From the IMG/VR virus record IMGVR_UViG_3300031998_000026, positions 1 through 51,527 of that record: a DNA stretch of 51,527 bases. The stretch is one strand, 5' to 3'. A program made the position numbers and the translations under genes. Below the pieces are notes generated by a model. That model was given only the letters and a program-made list of their open reading frames with translations. It was not told the origin of the DNA and ran no database searches. Numbering within the stretch: position 1 is the stretch's first letter; each line of letters opens with the position of its first letter. This DNA is from a virus (taxonomy: Duplodnaviria > Heunggongvirae > Uroviricota > Caudoviricetes). Shown here piece after piece: positions 27,943 through 37,387 of the stretch.

Positions 27943-28821
27943 ATGCAGACATACGAGCTGCTTGTCGAGAACCGTGCCGTAAGGGCGAACTCTAAGGACA
28001 GGACACTAGTCCGCACATCGGTCGGCATAGACCAGGTACACGTGATGTTCGACTCTGCCGAGTGGCTGGACTTCCCGATAAGAATAACGTTCGCCCAAGG
28101 CGACGACGTGGTAACGCAGGCGCTCTCGGTAAGCGAGATAGAGGACTCGGACAAATGGGTCGCCGAGGCCACCGTGACCGTGCCGTATGAGGTTATCGAC
28201 ATGGTCGGCCCGATACGGGTGACCCTCCAGGGCACCGACGCGGACGGCCGACACATAATAACCGCCAAGGGGTCACCGCTCACGGTCGAGGAGGCGGGAG
28301 ACGTCGTCGTCGGCACCCCTCCTGCTGACGCACCGACCACTGACGAGTGGCAGCAGGCATACGCGGACGCGCAGACGCTCCTCAACGAGGTGCAGTCGAT
28401 TAAGAACAACCTGCAGGCCCAGCTCGACTCGATGGTCGCGGAGGTACGCACGCAGGTTACCGACGACTCTCAGGAGATAGTCGACGAGATACTGGAGACC
28501 TACGCCGTGCCAGCGACACCTGAGCGTCTCGGCATCGTGCAGATAGGCTCCGGGCTCAGCATTACGGAGGAGGGCATCCTGTCGGCGAGCGTTACGAACG
28601 GCATAACGGCTAGTGAGCAGATGCAGCTTAGGAACATCGCCTCTCTGGCGTACTACTGCTTCGACACGGCGTTCGACGAGTACGGCGTGCTCAAGGACAC
28701 AGCAAAGGTAAAGACGTCGGCACTACCGCTGTCTGAAATCGCAGACGGCACGACGATATCGGTAAATGACGACGGGAAGATTGCGCTCGCGCTGCCAGTC
28801 GCGAACGAGGTGGGATACTGA
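27943..28821 (+). CDS. BppU-like baseplate/fibre-base protein, paralog 1
   Basis: MQTYELLV...LVRTSVGIDQV...FDSAEWLDFP...IITAKGSPLTVEEAG; coiled coil; ends ALALPVANEVGY. Confidence 0.7.
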   Translation: MQTYELLVENRAVRANSKDRTLVRTSVGIDQVHVMFDSAEWLDFPIRITFAQGDDVVTQALSVSEIEDSDKWVAEATVTVPYEVIDMVGPIRVTLQGTDADGRHIITAKGSPLTVEEAGDVVVGTPPADAPTTDEWQQAYADAQTLLNEVQSIKNNLQAQLDSMVAEVRTQVTDDSQEIVDEILETYAVPATPERLGIVQIGSGLSITEEGILSASVTNGITASEQMQLRNIASLAYYCFDTAFDEYGVLKDTAKVKTSALPLSEIADGTTISVNDDGKIALALPVANEVGY

Positions 28822-29849
28822 TGGGTTATGTTCTTTTGGATGACCGCGTACTGCTAGACATTGCCAACGCCATACGTGCGAAGTATGGAACGAGCGAGAC
28901 GTACAAGCCGTCAGAGATGGCGAATGCGGTGTATAGTCTGATGCCAGACGGTACAGGCGAGAACGTCGTCGACGGCATGATTACGAAGACGCTTGTTGAA
29001 GCAAGGTTCTGCTCGACCGTCAGTATACCAAGCTGTGCATTCAGTTCGTTTTCGTTACTCGCCACAGCCGAGTTTCCGATGTGTAAGACGATAGGAAGCT
29101 GGGCGTTCTACGGCTGCTCTAGCCTAAGCCACACGTCGTTCGGCTCATGCGAGACGATAGGAGAGGATGCGTTCTACAGATGCGTGGGTCTCTCGCACAT
29201 AGACGTCGGCTCGTGCATTCAGCTTGGTGCAGAGGCGTTCGCATCATGCACTGCGCTTTCAAACATTGATCTTCCATTGTTGGAGACGATTCCGACAAGG
29301 TGCTTTAGGAGCTGTATAGGTCTCATGTCGGTGACTGCATCTTCGTGCGTAACGGTGATGCAGAGCGCGTTCTACGACTGCACGAGCTTGCAGACCGTAG
29401 AAATGCCACTATGCAGGTATATCGAGGGAGGGGCGTTCAGGTACTGCTCGTCGTTGTCAGGCGTGAGAGCCGACAGGTGCATCGAGGTCGGAGCGTGGGC
29501 GTTCTATGAGTGCACCTCACTTGCGAGCATAAGCCTTCCAGACTGCAGAAACGTCGATGCAAACGCATTCCAAGAATGCACGTCGCTTTCGCATGTCACA
29601 ATCGGCGAGTGCAGCCAGATATACTCGTACGCTTTCCACAGATGCATGAATCTCACGACGCTCAACCTTGCTACCGTCACGGCGGTGCCCGAGCTCGAGA
29701 GCGTAAACGCATTTTCGTCCACGCCTATAGGAGGGTACTCGGCTTCGGCGGGAATATACGGAAGAATTGTGGTGCCGAGCACTCTCTACTCTGAGTTCAT
29801 AATCGCATCGAACTGGTCTCAGTTGAGCGAGAGAATCGTCGGTGCGTAA
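28821..29849 (+). CDS. BspA-type (LRR_5) leucine-rich-repeat protein 1
   Basis: N-cap IANAIRAKYG..YKPSEMA; ~22-aa CxxIxxxAFxxCxxL repeats; C-cap TPIGGYSASAGIYG..VP..NWS...RIVG. Confidence 0.85.
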   Translation: MGYVLLDDRVLLDIANAIRAKYGTSETYKPSEMANAVYSLMPDGTGENVVDGMITKTLVEARFCSTVSIPSCAFSSFSLLATAEFPMCKTIGSWAFYGCSSLSHTSFGSCETIGEDAFYRCVGLSHIDVGSCIQLGAEAFASCTALSNIDLPLLETIPTRCFRSCIGLMSVTASSCVTVMQSAFYDCTSLQTVEMPLCRYIEGGAFRYCSSLSGVRADRCIEVGAWAFYECTSLASISLPDCRNVDANAFQECTSLSHVTIGECSQIYSYAFHRCMNLTTLNLATVTAVPELESVNAFSSTPIGGYSASAGIYGRIVVPSTLYSEFIIASNWSQLSERIVGA

Positions 29850-29890
29850 TTGCCATGCATATATGTTCTTGACAGACGGAGGGAAGCAAC

Positions 29891-30910
29891 ATGGCGATAA
29901 ACGTCAACGGCACCGTGTTCAGGACGCGAGCAGAGGTGATAAGGGCGAATGGCAATGTGGTTTCGGAGTGCCATGTCAACGGGGTAAAGTGCTATCCGGA
30001 AGATGACTTCGCCTTCGTTGCTGTTGTAAGTGGTAGCAGGAAGTTCCATGCAAGCAGAAGCACTGACGGTAGCGCGTTCATACTGCCAAGCGGAGACAAG
30101 ACCTGGGACCTTGAAGCGAGCTTCGACATGATGGTGTACAGCAGAAGTGACCTCGGCGTTAGAGGAGATTATACTGTCGATTCAAGTGAGGGATCGGCAT
30201 ATAGCTATAGTTTTTACTATCTTGCTGGAGGGCCTATTGACTTTGGAAGCTATGGGCGTCAACGGTTTTTTGTTGGTACCCCACATATGAATGCCTTTGT
30301 CGCCGAGGCTCCTGCATCGTCAGGAAAGTTGCTTTACGAATTAGATGATCCGCGCAACCCTGGGATCTTATCCCAGGCAGCGTATGACGCACGCATGAGG
30401 ATAAACATTTCACGACTGGGCGTCATCGGGCCTGCATGGGTGTTTGAGCAAAACAAAAATGGACACCTTTATAGGTTTGGAATCGAAAGGTATGAAGTCG
30501 ACAACAGAATCAGAAATGCGCTCAACGGCACACACCATATTAGGGTCGGGTTCGAAGACGGAAGTGACACCCCTAAAACTAGGACATATCCGTTTGAAGG
30601 AGAGGCAATCTTCTTCGGTGGATGGGTTGGCGATGATGACCACCTCGAAATTGGCGAAGACGGTATCGTTGCAATCAGGTTTAGTGGACGTGGATTAGAA
30701 TTGTGGGCAGCTGAGACAAAGCCAATTGTTGCAACGGCTGAGTTCCTAGTTGCAAACGATTACAAAAATTATAGAGATGATTATTATAGCATAAATGAAA
30801 CGTCAACCGATACACGTGGCTCTTTCTTTTCCGGAAGCATTCAGATACCAATAACGACAGTAAGATACGTTGGTCCGATGAAACATCTCCCACAAAACCT
30901 TGCATTGTGA
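29891..30910 (+). CDS. hypothetical virion-associated protein, low GC
   Basis: GGAGGG RBS; N-terminus MAINVNG...NGNVVSECHVNGVKCYP; AT-rich codons. Confidence 0.7.
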   Translation: MAINVNGTVFRTRAEVIRANGNVVSECHVNGVKCYPEDDFAFVAVVSGSRKFHASRSTDGSAFILPSGDKTWDLEASFDMMVYSRSDLGVRGDYTVDSSEGSAYSYSFYYLAGGPIDFGSYGRQRFFVGTPHMNAFVAEAPASSGKLLYELDDPRNPGILSQAAYDARMRINISRLGVIGPAWVFEQNKNGHLYRFGIERYEVDNRIRNALNGTHHIRVGFEDGSDTPKTRTYPFEGEAIFFGGWVGDDDHLEIGEDGIVAIRFSGRGLELWAAETKPIVATAEFLVANDYKNYRDDYYSINETSTDTRGSFFSGSIQIPITTVRYVGPMKHLPQNLAL

Positions 30911-30918
30911 GGCATGAC

Positions 30919-31821
30919 ATGCGCACATACGAGCTTCTGGTTGCGGACAGGACGGTGAAGCCGAACTCCAAGAGCATGTCGCTGGTGCGCACCTCGGTCG
31001 GGATGGACCAGGTGCGCATCCTCTTCGACGACGCGGAGTGGATGGACTTCCCCGTGACGATAACGTTCGCCTCGAAGGACGACATGGTAACGCAGGCGCT
31101 GGTGCTGGCAGCCATAGACGGCTCCGAGTACGTGGCCGAGGCATACTCGACCGTGCCGTGGGAGGTAATAGACGAGACGGGCAAGGTGCGGGTGACCATA
31201 CAGGGAACCGACTCGCAGGGCAGACACATCATCACCGCCAAGGGCTCTCCGCTCACCGTCGTGGAGGCAGGCGACGTCGACGCGGGAGACACGCCGCAGG
31301 ACGCGCCTACCGTCGACGAGTGGAGGCAGGCGTACTCAGACGCCATGGCGGCAGTGGGGCAGGCGTCCTCTCTGGTGAGCACGCTGCAGTCGAGGCTGGA
31401 CGAGATGGTCGAGGCTGCGGGGTCGGCGCTCGACGAGAGGATCGAGGAGCTGCACGTACCGGCGACGGCTGAGACCCTCGGCGAGGTCATCGTCGGAGAC
31501 GGCCTCGGCGTCGCGGAGTCGGGCGAGATATACGTGACCGAGGTCACCGGCATAACGCCGTCCGAGCAGTCGCAGATAAGGAACCTCGCCCGCCTCGCCA
31601 CGTACTGCTTCGACACGAGCTTCGACGAGCAGGGGGCGGTGGAGGACACCGCGAAGGTCAAGGCGTCGGCAATCCCGATAGCGACGGCGTCGACGCCGGG
31701 GTCGGTGATGCCTGACGGCACGACCATAGCCGTCGGTTCGGACGGCATGATAAGGGTGAACCTCTCGGACGCGCTCATATCGCAGGTCGCGGACGCGGTG
31801 GCCGAGAGGCTCTCCGGATAG
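30919..31821 (+). CDS. BppU-like protein, paralog 2
   Basis: MRTYELLVADR...LVRTSVGMDQV...FDDAEWMDFP...IITAKGSPLTVVEAG; clearly homologous to 27943. Confidence 0.7.
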   Translation: MRTYELLVADRTVKPNSKSMSLVRTSVGMDQVRILFDDAEWMDFPVTITFASKDDMVTQALVLAAIDGSEYVAEAYSTVPWEVIDETGKVRVTIQGTDSQGRHIITAKGSPLTVVEAGDVDAGDTPQDAPTVDEWRQAYSDAMAAVGQASSLVSTLQSRLDEMVEAAGSALDERIEELHVPATAETLGEVIVGDGLGVAESGEIYVTEVTGITPSEQSQIRNLARLATYCFDTSFDEQGAVEDTAKVKASAIPIATASTPGSVMPDGTTIAVGSDGMIRVNLSDALISQVADAVAERLSG

Positions 31822-31830
31822 GAACAAGAC

Positions 31831-33618
31831 ATGCAGACATACGAACTGCTGGTGAGCGGGCGCTCCGTGAGGGCGGCGTCCGTCGACACCACCCTCGTGC
31901 GCACGAGCATAGGGATAGACCAGGTGCACGTGCTGTTCGACGACGCCGAGTGGCTCGACTTCCCGATATCGGCCACGTTCGCCATGGGGGACGTCATGCG
32001 CACGGCCCAGCTGGTGGTGTCCCGCATAGATGGCAGCGAGTGGGCGGCGGAGGCCACCGTGACGGTGCCGTACGAGGTGGTGCGGAGGGTCGGTCGCATA
32101 CGCGTGACGTTCCAGGGCACCGACGGCGACGGCAGGCACATCATAACCGCCAAGGGGTCGCCTCTGTCCGTAGTCGAGGCAGGCGACGTCGAGGAGGGCG
32201 AGGTGCCCGGAGAGGCCCCGACGGTGGACGAGTGGCAGCACATGCGCGACGAAGCCCAGAGAGCCATCAACGAGGCCCAGTCCCTCGTCAACAACCTACA
32301 GGCCCAGCTCGACTCGATCGTGGCGGGTGCGGAAGGTTCGCTCGACGGCACAATAGAGGAAGCGACAGCCGCCATAGAGGCGCTGGTGGAGTCGGCGCGC
32401 CCCATAGCGACCGAGGAGAGCCTCGGAATGGTCAGGGTGGGCGAGGGCCTCAGCGTCACCACGGACGGCCTCCTCTCGTCGGCGGGACTCACGCAGGCTC
32501 AGCGCAGGGCGCTCGAGAACCTGATTCTCCTCGCCGGGAGGGTGACCGACGCCGACGTCACCACGACGGTGCAGGATAGCCCGAGGATAGAGCCGGGCGC
32601 CCTGCCGGTTGCGACTCCCGTTACGCTCGGCACCGTCATGCCAGACGGGACGACCATAAGAATCGGCGAAGACGGCATGATTCACGCGCACTCCGCGCAG
32701 GTGGACGTCGCGACTGTCGAGGCGGTCGGCGTGGTAAAGCCCGACGGGTCGACGATAACGATAGACGATGACGGCACCATACACGGCAGCGGTCAGGGAG
32801 GCGGCACCGACATAGGTGACCTTCCGTTCCGCGTCGGGTACGTCGGCAACAGCTCGTACATGAGCAGCGTCGCGTACGTCATCGGCGACGAGTCGGACGG
32901 CTGGTACAGGTTCCCGGATGTCTACTCGATTCCACAGAGCGCATATATGGGCTGCAGCTCGCTTGTGTCGGCAGAGTTTGCGACATGCAGGCATGTCGGC
33001 AGCCACGCGTTCGAATGGTGCACGTACCTCACGAACGTCGACCTCCCCCAATGTTACGATGTCGGGCAGAGCGCGTTCGCCTACTGCCGAAAAATCAAGT
33101 CGGCAGACTTTCCTACGTGCATGTCTGTCGGCAGCAGCGCGTTCTACAGTTGCAGCAGCCTTTCGCGCGTGAGCATGCCGCATTGTGGCACGGTAGGCGA
33201 AAGCGCTTTCGCCCACTGCCAAAGTCTCACGTCGGCCTACCTGCCTACATGCACGAACGTCAGCAATTACGCGTTTGCGTATGCGCCGCTGGTCTCTATC
33301 GATCTCCCGGAGTGCCTGAGCCTGCCATACAAAGCGTTTTTATCCTGCACACGTCTCGAGACGGTCGTCCTGTCTCGGTGCATGTCAATCGAAAGCAGCG
33401 CCTTTGCCAATTGCGTCAGGCTGACGAGGCTCGATCTCACTGGGGTGAGCGACGTTCCCTATCTTCCATACGCAACTGCGTTCGCCAACACCCCGATCTC
33501 AAGCACGACCTCATACGTCGGCGGGTACGGTTCCATATACGTGCCGTCGTCCCTGTACTCGAGATTCAGGAGCGCGTACGTATGGAAGCTGTACTCCAGC
33601 AGAATCGTGTCTGCGTAG
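31831..33618 (+). CDS. BppU-like paralog 3 fused to a C-terminal BspA-type LRR domain
   Basis: Same N-terminal domain; repeated PVAT..TLG.V.PDG.TI motifs; LRR repeats from ~32900; C-cap TPISS..GGYGSIYVP...W..YSSRIV. Confidence 0.8.
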   Translation: MQTYELLVSGRSVRAASVDTTLVRTSIGIDQVHVLFDDAEWLDFPISATFAMGDVMRTAQLVVSRIDGSEWAAEATVTVPYEVVRRVGRIRVTFQGTDGDGRHIITAKGSPLSVVEAGDVEEGEVPGEAPTVDEWQHMRDEAQRAINEAQSLVNNLQAQLDSIVAGAEGSLDGTIEEATAAIEALVESARPIATEESLGMVRVGEGLSVTTDGLLSSAGLTQAQRRALENLILLAGRVTDADVTTTVQDSPRIEPGALPVATPVTLGTVMPDGTTIRIGEDGMIHAHSAQVDVATVEAVGVVKPDGSTITIDDDGTIHGSGQGGGTDIGDLPFRVGYVGNSSYMSSVAYVIGDESDGWYRFPDVYSIPQSAYMGCSSLVSAEFATCRHVGSHAFEWCTYLTNVDLPQCYDVGQSAFAYCRKIKSADFPTCMSVGSSAFYSCSSLSRVSMPHCGTVGESAFAHCQSLTSAYLPTCTNVSNYAFAYAPLVSIDLPECLSLPYKAFLSCTRLETVVLSRCMSIESSAFANCVRLTRLDLTGVSDVPYLPYATAFANTPISSTTSYVGGYGSIYVPSSLYSRFRSAYVWKLYSSRIVSA

Positions 33619-33627
33619 GGAGGGGAC

Positions 33628-33990
33628 ATGGCGGCGATAGTCATATACCAAGATTATCCTGACGCGACGTACGACACGAAGGGTGTCGTGCGCATAGACG
33701 AGCAGAGTCTCGTCGTGTCTGACGGATTCCTCGGCACGAAAAGTGCAACTGACGAGTCTCTCGGGGTCGTGATGCCAGATAACACGACGACCACAGTCGA
33801 CGGCAACGGCGTCATAAGCGTCAAGGGCTACGAGGAGACCATAGCAGGGCTGCTCGAGAGGATCGAGGCGCTCGAAGACGCGCTCGACATGGGCATGACG
33901 TACGAGGACGGCACGCTTGTCGTCAACGCCACGCTCGAGGACGGCACGCTGGTCACCGGACGCACGTACGAGGACGGAACGCTCTCATAG
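33628..33990 (+). CDS. hypothetical fibre-associated protein
   Basis: GGAGGGG RBS; ATDESLGVVMPD motif; TYEDGTL repeats. Confidence 0.7.
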   Translation: MAAIVIYQDYPDATYDTKGVVRIDEQSLVVSDGFLGTKSATDESLGVVMPDNTTTTVDGNGVISVKGYEETIAGLLERIEALEDALDMGMTYEDGTLVVNATLEDGTLVTGRTYEDGTLS

Positions 33991-34000
33991 AGGAGGACAA

Positions 34001-34279
34001 ATGGCAGGTGAGATACAGAGGGTGCGGACCAAGGACGGCGTCGAGCACCTCATAGACTACAGGTCGCTGGCGAACAGGCCGGACGCGGACATAGCCGCGC
34101 TCAAGGCGAGCGTGGCCGCGATACTAGCCGCGCTCGAGGACGCCGGCATATCCGTCGACACGTCGTCGGCGAGCGTTGACGGGAGCAGGCTCGTGCTCTC
34201 CGGCGCGGCGTACTCCGTCTCCGGAAACACGCTGTCCGTCTCTGGGGCGGACGCGGACGGCACCAAACTTGTGTTCTAG
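34001..34279 (+). CDS. hypothetical fibre-associated protein
   Basis: AGGAGG RBS; IDYRSLANRP, short coiled coil, SVDGSRLVL/SVSGNTLSV repeats. Confidence 0.7.
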   Translation: MAGEIQRVRTKDGVEHLIDYRSLANRPDADIAALKASVAAILAALEDAGISVDTSSASVDGSRLVLSGAAYSVSGNTLSVSGADADGTKLVF

Positions 34280-34291
34280 TTTTGCTACAAT
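34264..34291 (+). promoter_or_regulatory. extended -10 promoter with LexA-type box upstream of glycosylation cassette
   Basis: CAAAC-TTGT-GTTCT 34264-34277; TG-c-TACAAT 34283-34291. Confidence 0.55.
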
Positions 34292-34313
34292 CGGCTCTGA
34301 CGAAGGGAAAGCC

Positions 34314-34559
34314 ATGGACAAGATAAGCACCGTCGAGGTAAACGGCACGGAGTACGAGGTCGTGGGACCGGGAGGGGAGTACCCCATATCGGTAGTCAAC
34401 ACCGGCGACAGCTCGGGTGACGACTACTCGAACTCCCAGGTGTACCCGTCGTTCTACTGGAGGCGGACGGGCGAGGAGGGGAGCTACGAGTACTCCCTCG
34501 TCGCCTTTGTGGGAGACGCGCCGGATCACGTGAGCTACGCAGACACGGACCCGAGCTAG
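34314..34559 (+). CDS. hypothetical protein (81 aa)
   Basis: AAGGGAAAG RBS; MDKISTVEVNGTEYEV... Confidence 0.6.
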   Translation: MDKISTVEVNGTEYEVVGPGGEYPISVVNTGDSSGDDYSNSQVYPSFYWRRTGEEGSYEYSLVAFVGDAPDHVSYADTDPS

Positions 34560-34560
34560 G

Positions 34561-35508
34561 ATGCGCCTCCAGCTGCTAGTCAACCACTACAGGGAGCCGG
34601 GCTCCGTCGTGGCGAGGTTCATGCGCTCCGTGACGATGCAGGAGTCGGTGCCGTGGGACGAGGTGGAGGTGCTGGTCGGCAGCGACGGCACGACGCTCGG
34701 CGAGTGCGAGTCGCTCCTCGTCCTGTTCGGCGTGCCAGCCAGGCACGTGGCGCTCCCGCACGCGGGGGTGTGCGCCACGCGCAACGCGCTGCTCGGAGAG
34801 GCGACCGCCGACTACGTCATGTTCTGCGACGTCGATGACGCGTTCCACAGCACGCTCGGGCTCTGCAAGCTGCTCAAGGCCATCGACGACCTCGGCACGG
34901 ACGTGATAGCGTCGCCGTACGACGTCGAGGAGAGGGACGGGGATACGTCGCGGTACCGCGTCGAGAGGCGCGACACCCTGCACGTCCACGGCAAGGCGTT
35001 CAGGCGCGCGTACCTGGAGGAGAACGGCATCCGCTTCCCCGGCGAGATGGAGTTCAGCGGCGACATGTACTTCCTGTGGCTCGCGTTCAACATCGGGGGC
35101 AGCGTCGCGTGGATGACCGAGTCGTTCTACGCGTGGCGGCACAGCGAGGGCTCGATAACGCGGGCGAACCCGTGGCACAGGGTAGAGTCCTACGGCCAGA
35201 TGCTCAGGTGCTACGAGCTGCTGCATGACGACCTCGTGCGCCGCGGCAGGGACGACCTGCGCGAGAGGCTAGTCGCGGCGACGTTCGCGATGGCGTTCTG
35301 CCACTTCCACGACCCGTCGTACGCAGGCGGGCCGGAGCGGTCGGTCGACGAGATGGTCAGGCTCATGAGGCTGTACGTCGCAAGGCACGCGGACGAGTAC
35401 CGCGCGCTCCCGTACGAGGCGAAGAGGGACGCCCTGCATGGCAGGAGGCGGAGCCTCGGGGACGTCGGGTGGATGGACGAGTGGACGGAGAAGATGTGCG
35501 GGCGCTGA
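34561..35508 (+). CDS. glycosyltransferase family 2 (GT-A), soluble
   Basis: HAGVCATRNALL..ATADYVMFCDVDD (DxD), NGIRF...GDMYF, YAWRHSEGSITR; no TM segment seen. Confidence 0.85.
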   Translation: MRLQLLVNHYREPGSVVARFMRSVTMQESVPWDEVEVLVGSDGTTLGECESLLVLFGVPARHVALPHAGVCATRNALLGEATADYVMFCDVDDAFHSTLGLCKLLKAIDDLGTDVIASPYDVEERDGDTSRYRVERRDTLHVHGKAFRRAYLEENGIRFPGEMEFSGDMYFLWLAFNIGGSVAWMTESFYAWRHSEGSITRANPWHRVESYGQMLRCYELLHDDLVRRGRDDLRERLVAATFAMAFCHFHDPSYAGGPERSVDEMVRLMRLYVARHADEYRALPYEAKRDALHGRRRSLGDVGWMDEWTEKMCGR

Positions 35509-36227
35509 TAGTGGGCTACGGGACGGTCGGGAGGAACCTATACGGGGAGCTCGCCCCTCTGCACCCCGACGTGTACGACAAGTACGAGGGCATCAGGTCG
35601 TACGGCGGCCGATACGACGTCGCGTTCGTGTGCGTCGACACGCCCCTCGTCGACGGCAGGCTCGACGTCACGGAGGTCGAGTCGGCGATCCGAGAGAACG
35701 AGGCCGACGTGTTCGTGGTCAAGTCAACCGTGCTGCCGGGAACCACAGACCGCATCAGGGAGGAGACCGGCAGGAGGGTCGTGTTCAGCCCAGAGTACTA
35801 CGGCTCGACCCAGCACAACGACCACGGACGCTTCGACTTCGACTTCACGATACTGGGCGGGCCGCGCGAGGACTGCGTGCCCGTCATACAGCTCCTGCAG
35901 GGCGTCTACGACGGCAGGCACAGGTTCAGGATCACCGACGCGAAGACCGCCGAGTTGACCAAACTGATGGAAAATAGCTGGATAGCTACGAAGGTGAGCT
36001 TCTGCAACCAGTTTGCCGAGATTGCGGATAAGTTTGACGTGTGCTATGAGGAACTCAGGGAGCTCTTTCTGCTTGATGAGCGTGTGTCTCCCGCGCATAC
36101 ATTTTTTTATCGTGATCGTCCGTATTGGCAGAGCCATTGTCTCGACAAGGATGTTCCCGCCATTGCTGAGTTTGCGGACGCCAACTTGCTGAAAGCCGTA
36201 ATCGAATACAACGAGTCTCGAAAGTAG
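35496..36227 (+). CDS. UDP-glucose/GDP-mannose dehydrogenase-like protein lacking the usual C-terminal domain
   Basis: IVGYGTVG Rossmann, CVDTP, KSTVLPGTT, FSPEY, AELTKLMENSWIATKVSFCN, SHCLDKD (GGxCxPKD equivalent); ~243 aa. Confidence 0.85.
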   Translation: MRALIVGYGTVGRNLYGELAPLHPDVYDKYEGIRSYGGRYDVAFVCVDTPLVDGRLDVTEVESAIRENEADVFVVKSTVLPGTTDRIREETGRRVVFSPEYYGSTQHNDHGRFDFDFTILGGPREDCVPVIQLLQGVYDGRHRFRITDAKTAELTKLMENSWIATKVSFCNQFAEIADKFDVCYEELRELFLLDERVSPAHTFFYRDRPYWQSHCLDKDVPAIAEFADANLLKAVIEYNESRK

Positions 36228-36229
36228 GG

Positions 36230-36248
36230 CGAACGTGTGTGCTATAGT
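36230..36248 (+). promoter_or_regulatory. extended -10 promoter with LexA-type box
   Basis: CGAAC-GTGT-GTGCT 36230-36243 overlapping TG-c-TATAGT 36240-36248. Confidence 0.5.
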
Positions 36249-36270
36249 GGCATGGCACACATGTACGCAC

Positions 36271-36395
36271 CCACCACCCAAGGTGCCGAGAAATGCGGAG
36301 GAGGATTCACTGGCGGATAGGGTAGCTCCCGAAAGGGCGGACACACCCGCCGTCCTTCCGCCACTTCCGCATGGGTGTCGACTATGGGGTGGTGG
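36271..36395 (+). ncRNA. candidate cis-regulatory structured RNA leader of the HNH gene
   Basis: Nested helices CCACCACCC/GGGTGGTGG, ATGCGGAG/TTCCGCAT, TGGCGGA/TCCGCCA enclosing GGG-tagct-CCC and GGCGG-acacac-CCGCC. Confidence 0.55.
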
Positions 36396-36403
36396 TTATC
36401 TTT

Positions 36404-37387
36404 ATGTTCACCGAAGAGGAGCTCGCGAACGAGGAGTGGCGGCCTGTCGTCGGGTATGAGGGTATTTACGAAGTAAGCAGCCTCGGTAACCTTAGAAGCG
36501 TGGAGAGAGAAATCACTACGCGTCGAGGATACAGACAGACAGTTCCCTGTAAAAAGTTAACCCACAAACATAGTAAGAATGGAATTGCTGCTGTCGACTT
36601 ATGGAAAGACGGCACCAGAAATACGATTCGCGTAGAAGATATCGTTGCTGACGCATTTCTTCAAAAGCCGAGTGGCGGCAAGCGCATATCTCATGCAAAT
36701 GGTGTAAACAGCGATGTTAGAGCCTGCAACCTCACATGGGTTGACGATGAAAATGGAGACATTCCGGATGAGGAATGGAGGCCAATAGTTGGATATGAGG
36801 GGCTATACGAAGTAAGTAATTTGGGCAGGGTAAGAAGCAATGCGCGTAGAAAATGCAGGGGTGGAATTGTTAAGCCGGTAGCATCTGGATCTGGGTATTT
36901 AGCCGTTACGCTATCAAAAGAATCGGCCACATCTCGTCGACTTGTTCATAGGTTGGTGGCTGAAGCGTTCCTTGACAATATCGAGAACCTTCCTGTAGTA
37001 AACCATAAAGATGAAGATAAGACCAACAACTGTGCGTCCAATCTCGAATGGTGCACGGTTTCATATAACAATACATATGGAACTAAAATTGCGAGAATGA
37101 TTGAAAGCCGTAATTTGAATAGCGAAGAAATACGCGAGTCAATGCAAAGGGCCGCTGCAAAACGAGATTATTCCACGGCAATAGAGAGGTTTGGACGACC
37201 AGTTCTTCAGTTTGACTTAGACGGAACATTTGTGTGCTGGTGGCCAAGTCTTGGGTCGATAAAGAGAAAGCTCGGATTTAGCGCAGCCAATATCAGATGT
37301 GCGTGTACCAGAACTGAAGGATATTCGAGCGGCGTTTTTCATGGCTATTGGTGGTGTTTTGAGGAGGACTATCCATGCGCAAGCTAG
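36404..37387 (+). mobile_element. free-standing homing endonuclease: NUMOD4 + degenerate HNH + NUMOD4 + HNH + NUMOD1-like
   Basis: Two EEWRP.VGYEG.YEVS.LG..RS motifs; VHRLVAEAFL..VNHKDEDKTNNCASNLEWCT; PVLQFDLDG; low GC. Confidence 0.9.

Noticed and set aside
29856-29869. Additional LexA box GCAT-ATAT-GTTC (and CGAAC-AGGC-ACAT at 48322-48334)
   Set aside because: Only one good half-site each and no clear adjacent -10; not counted among the six.
36228-37387. Group I intron carrying the HNH
   Set aside because: Both flanking genes look complete (dehydrogenase has its stop, GT has its own start). No P7-type core was recognised and the structure lies wholly upstream of the ORF.
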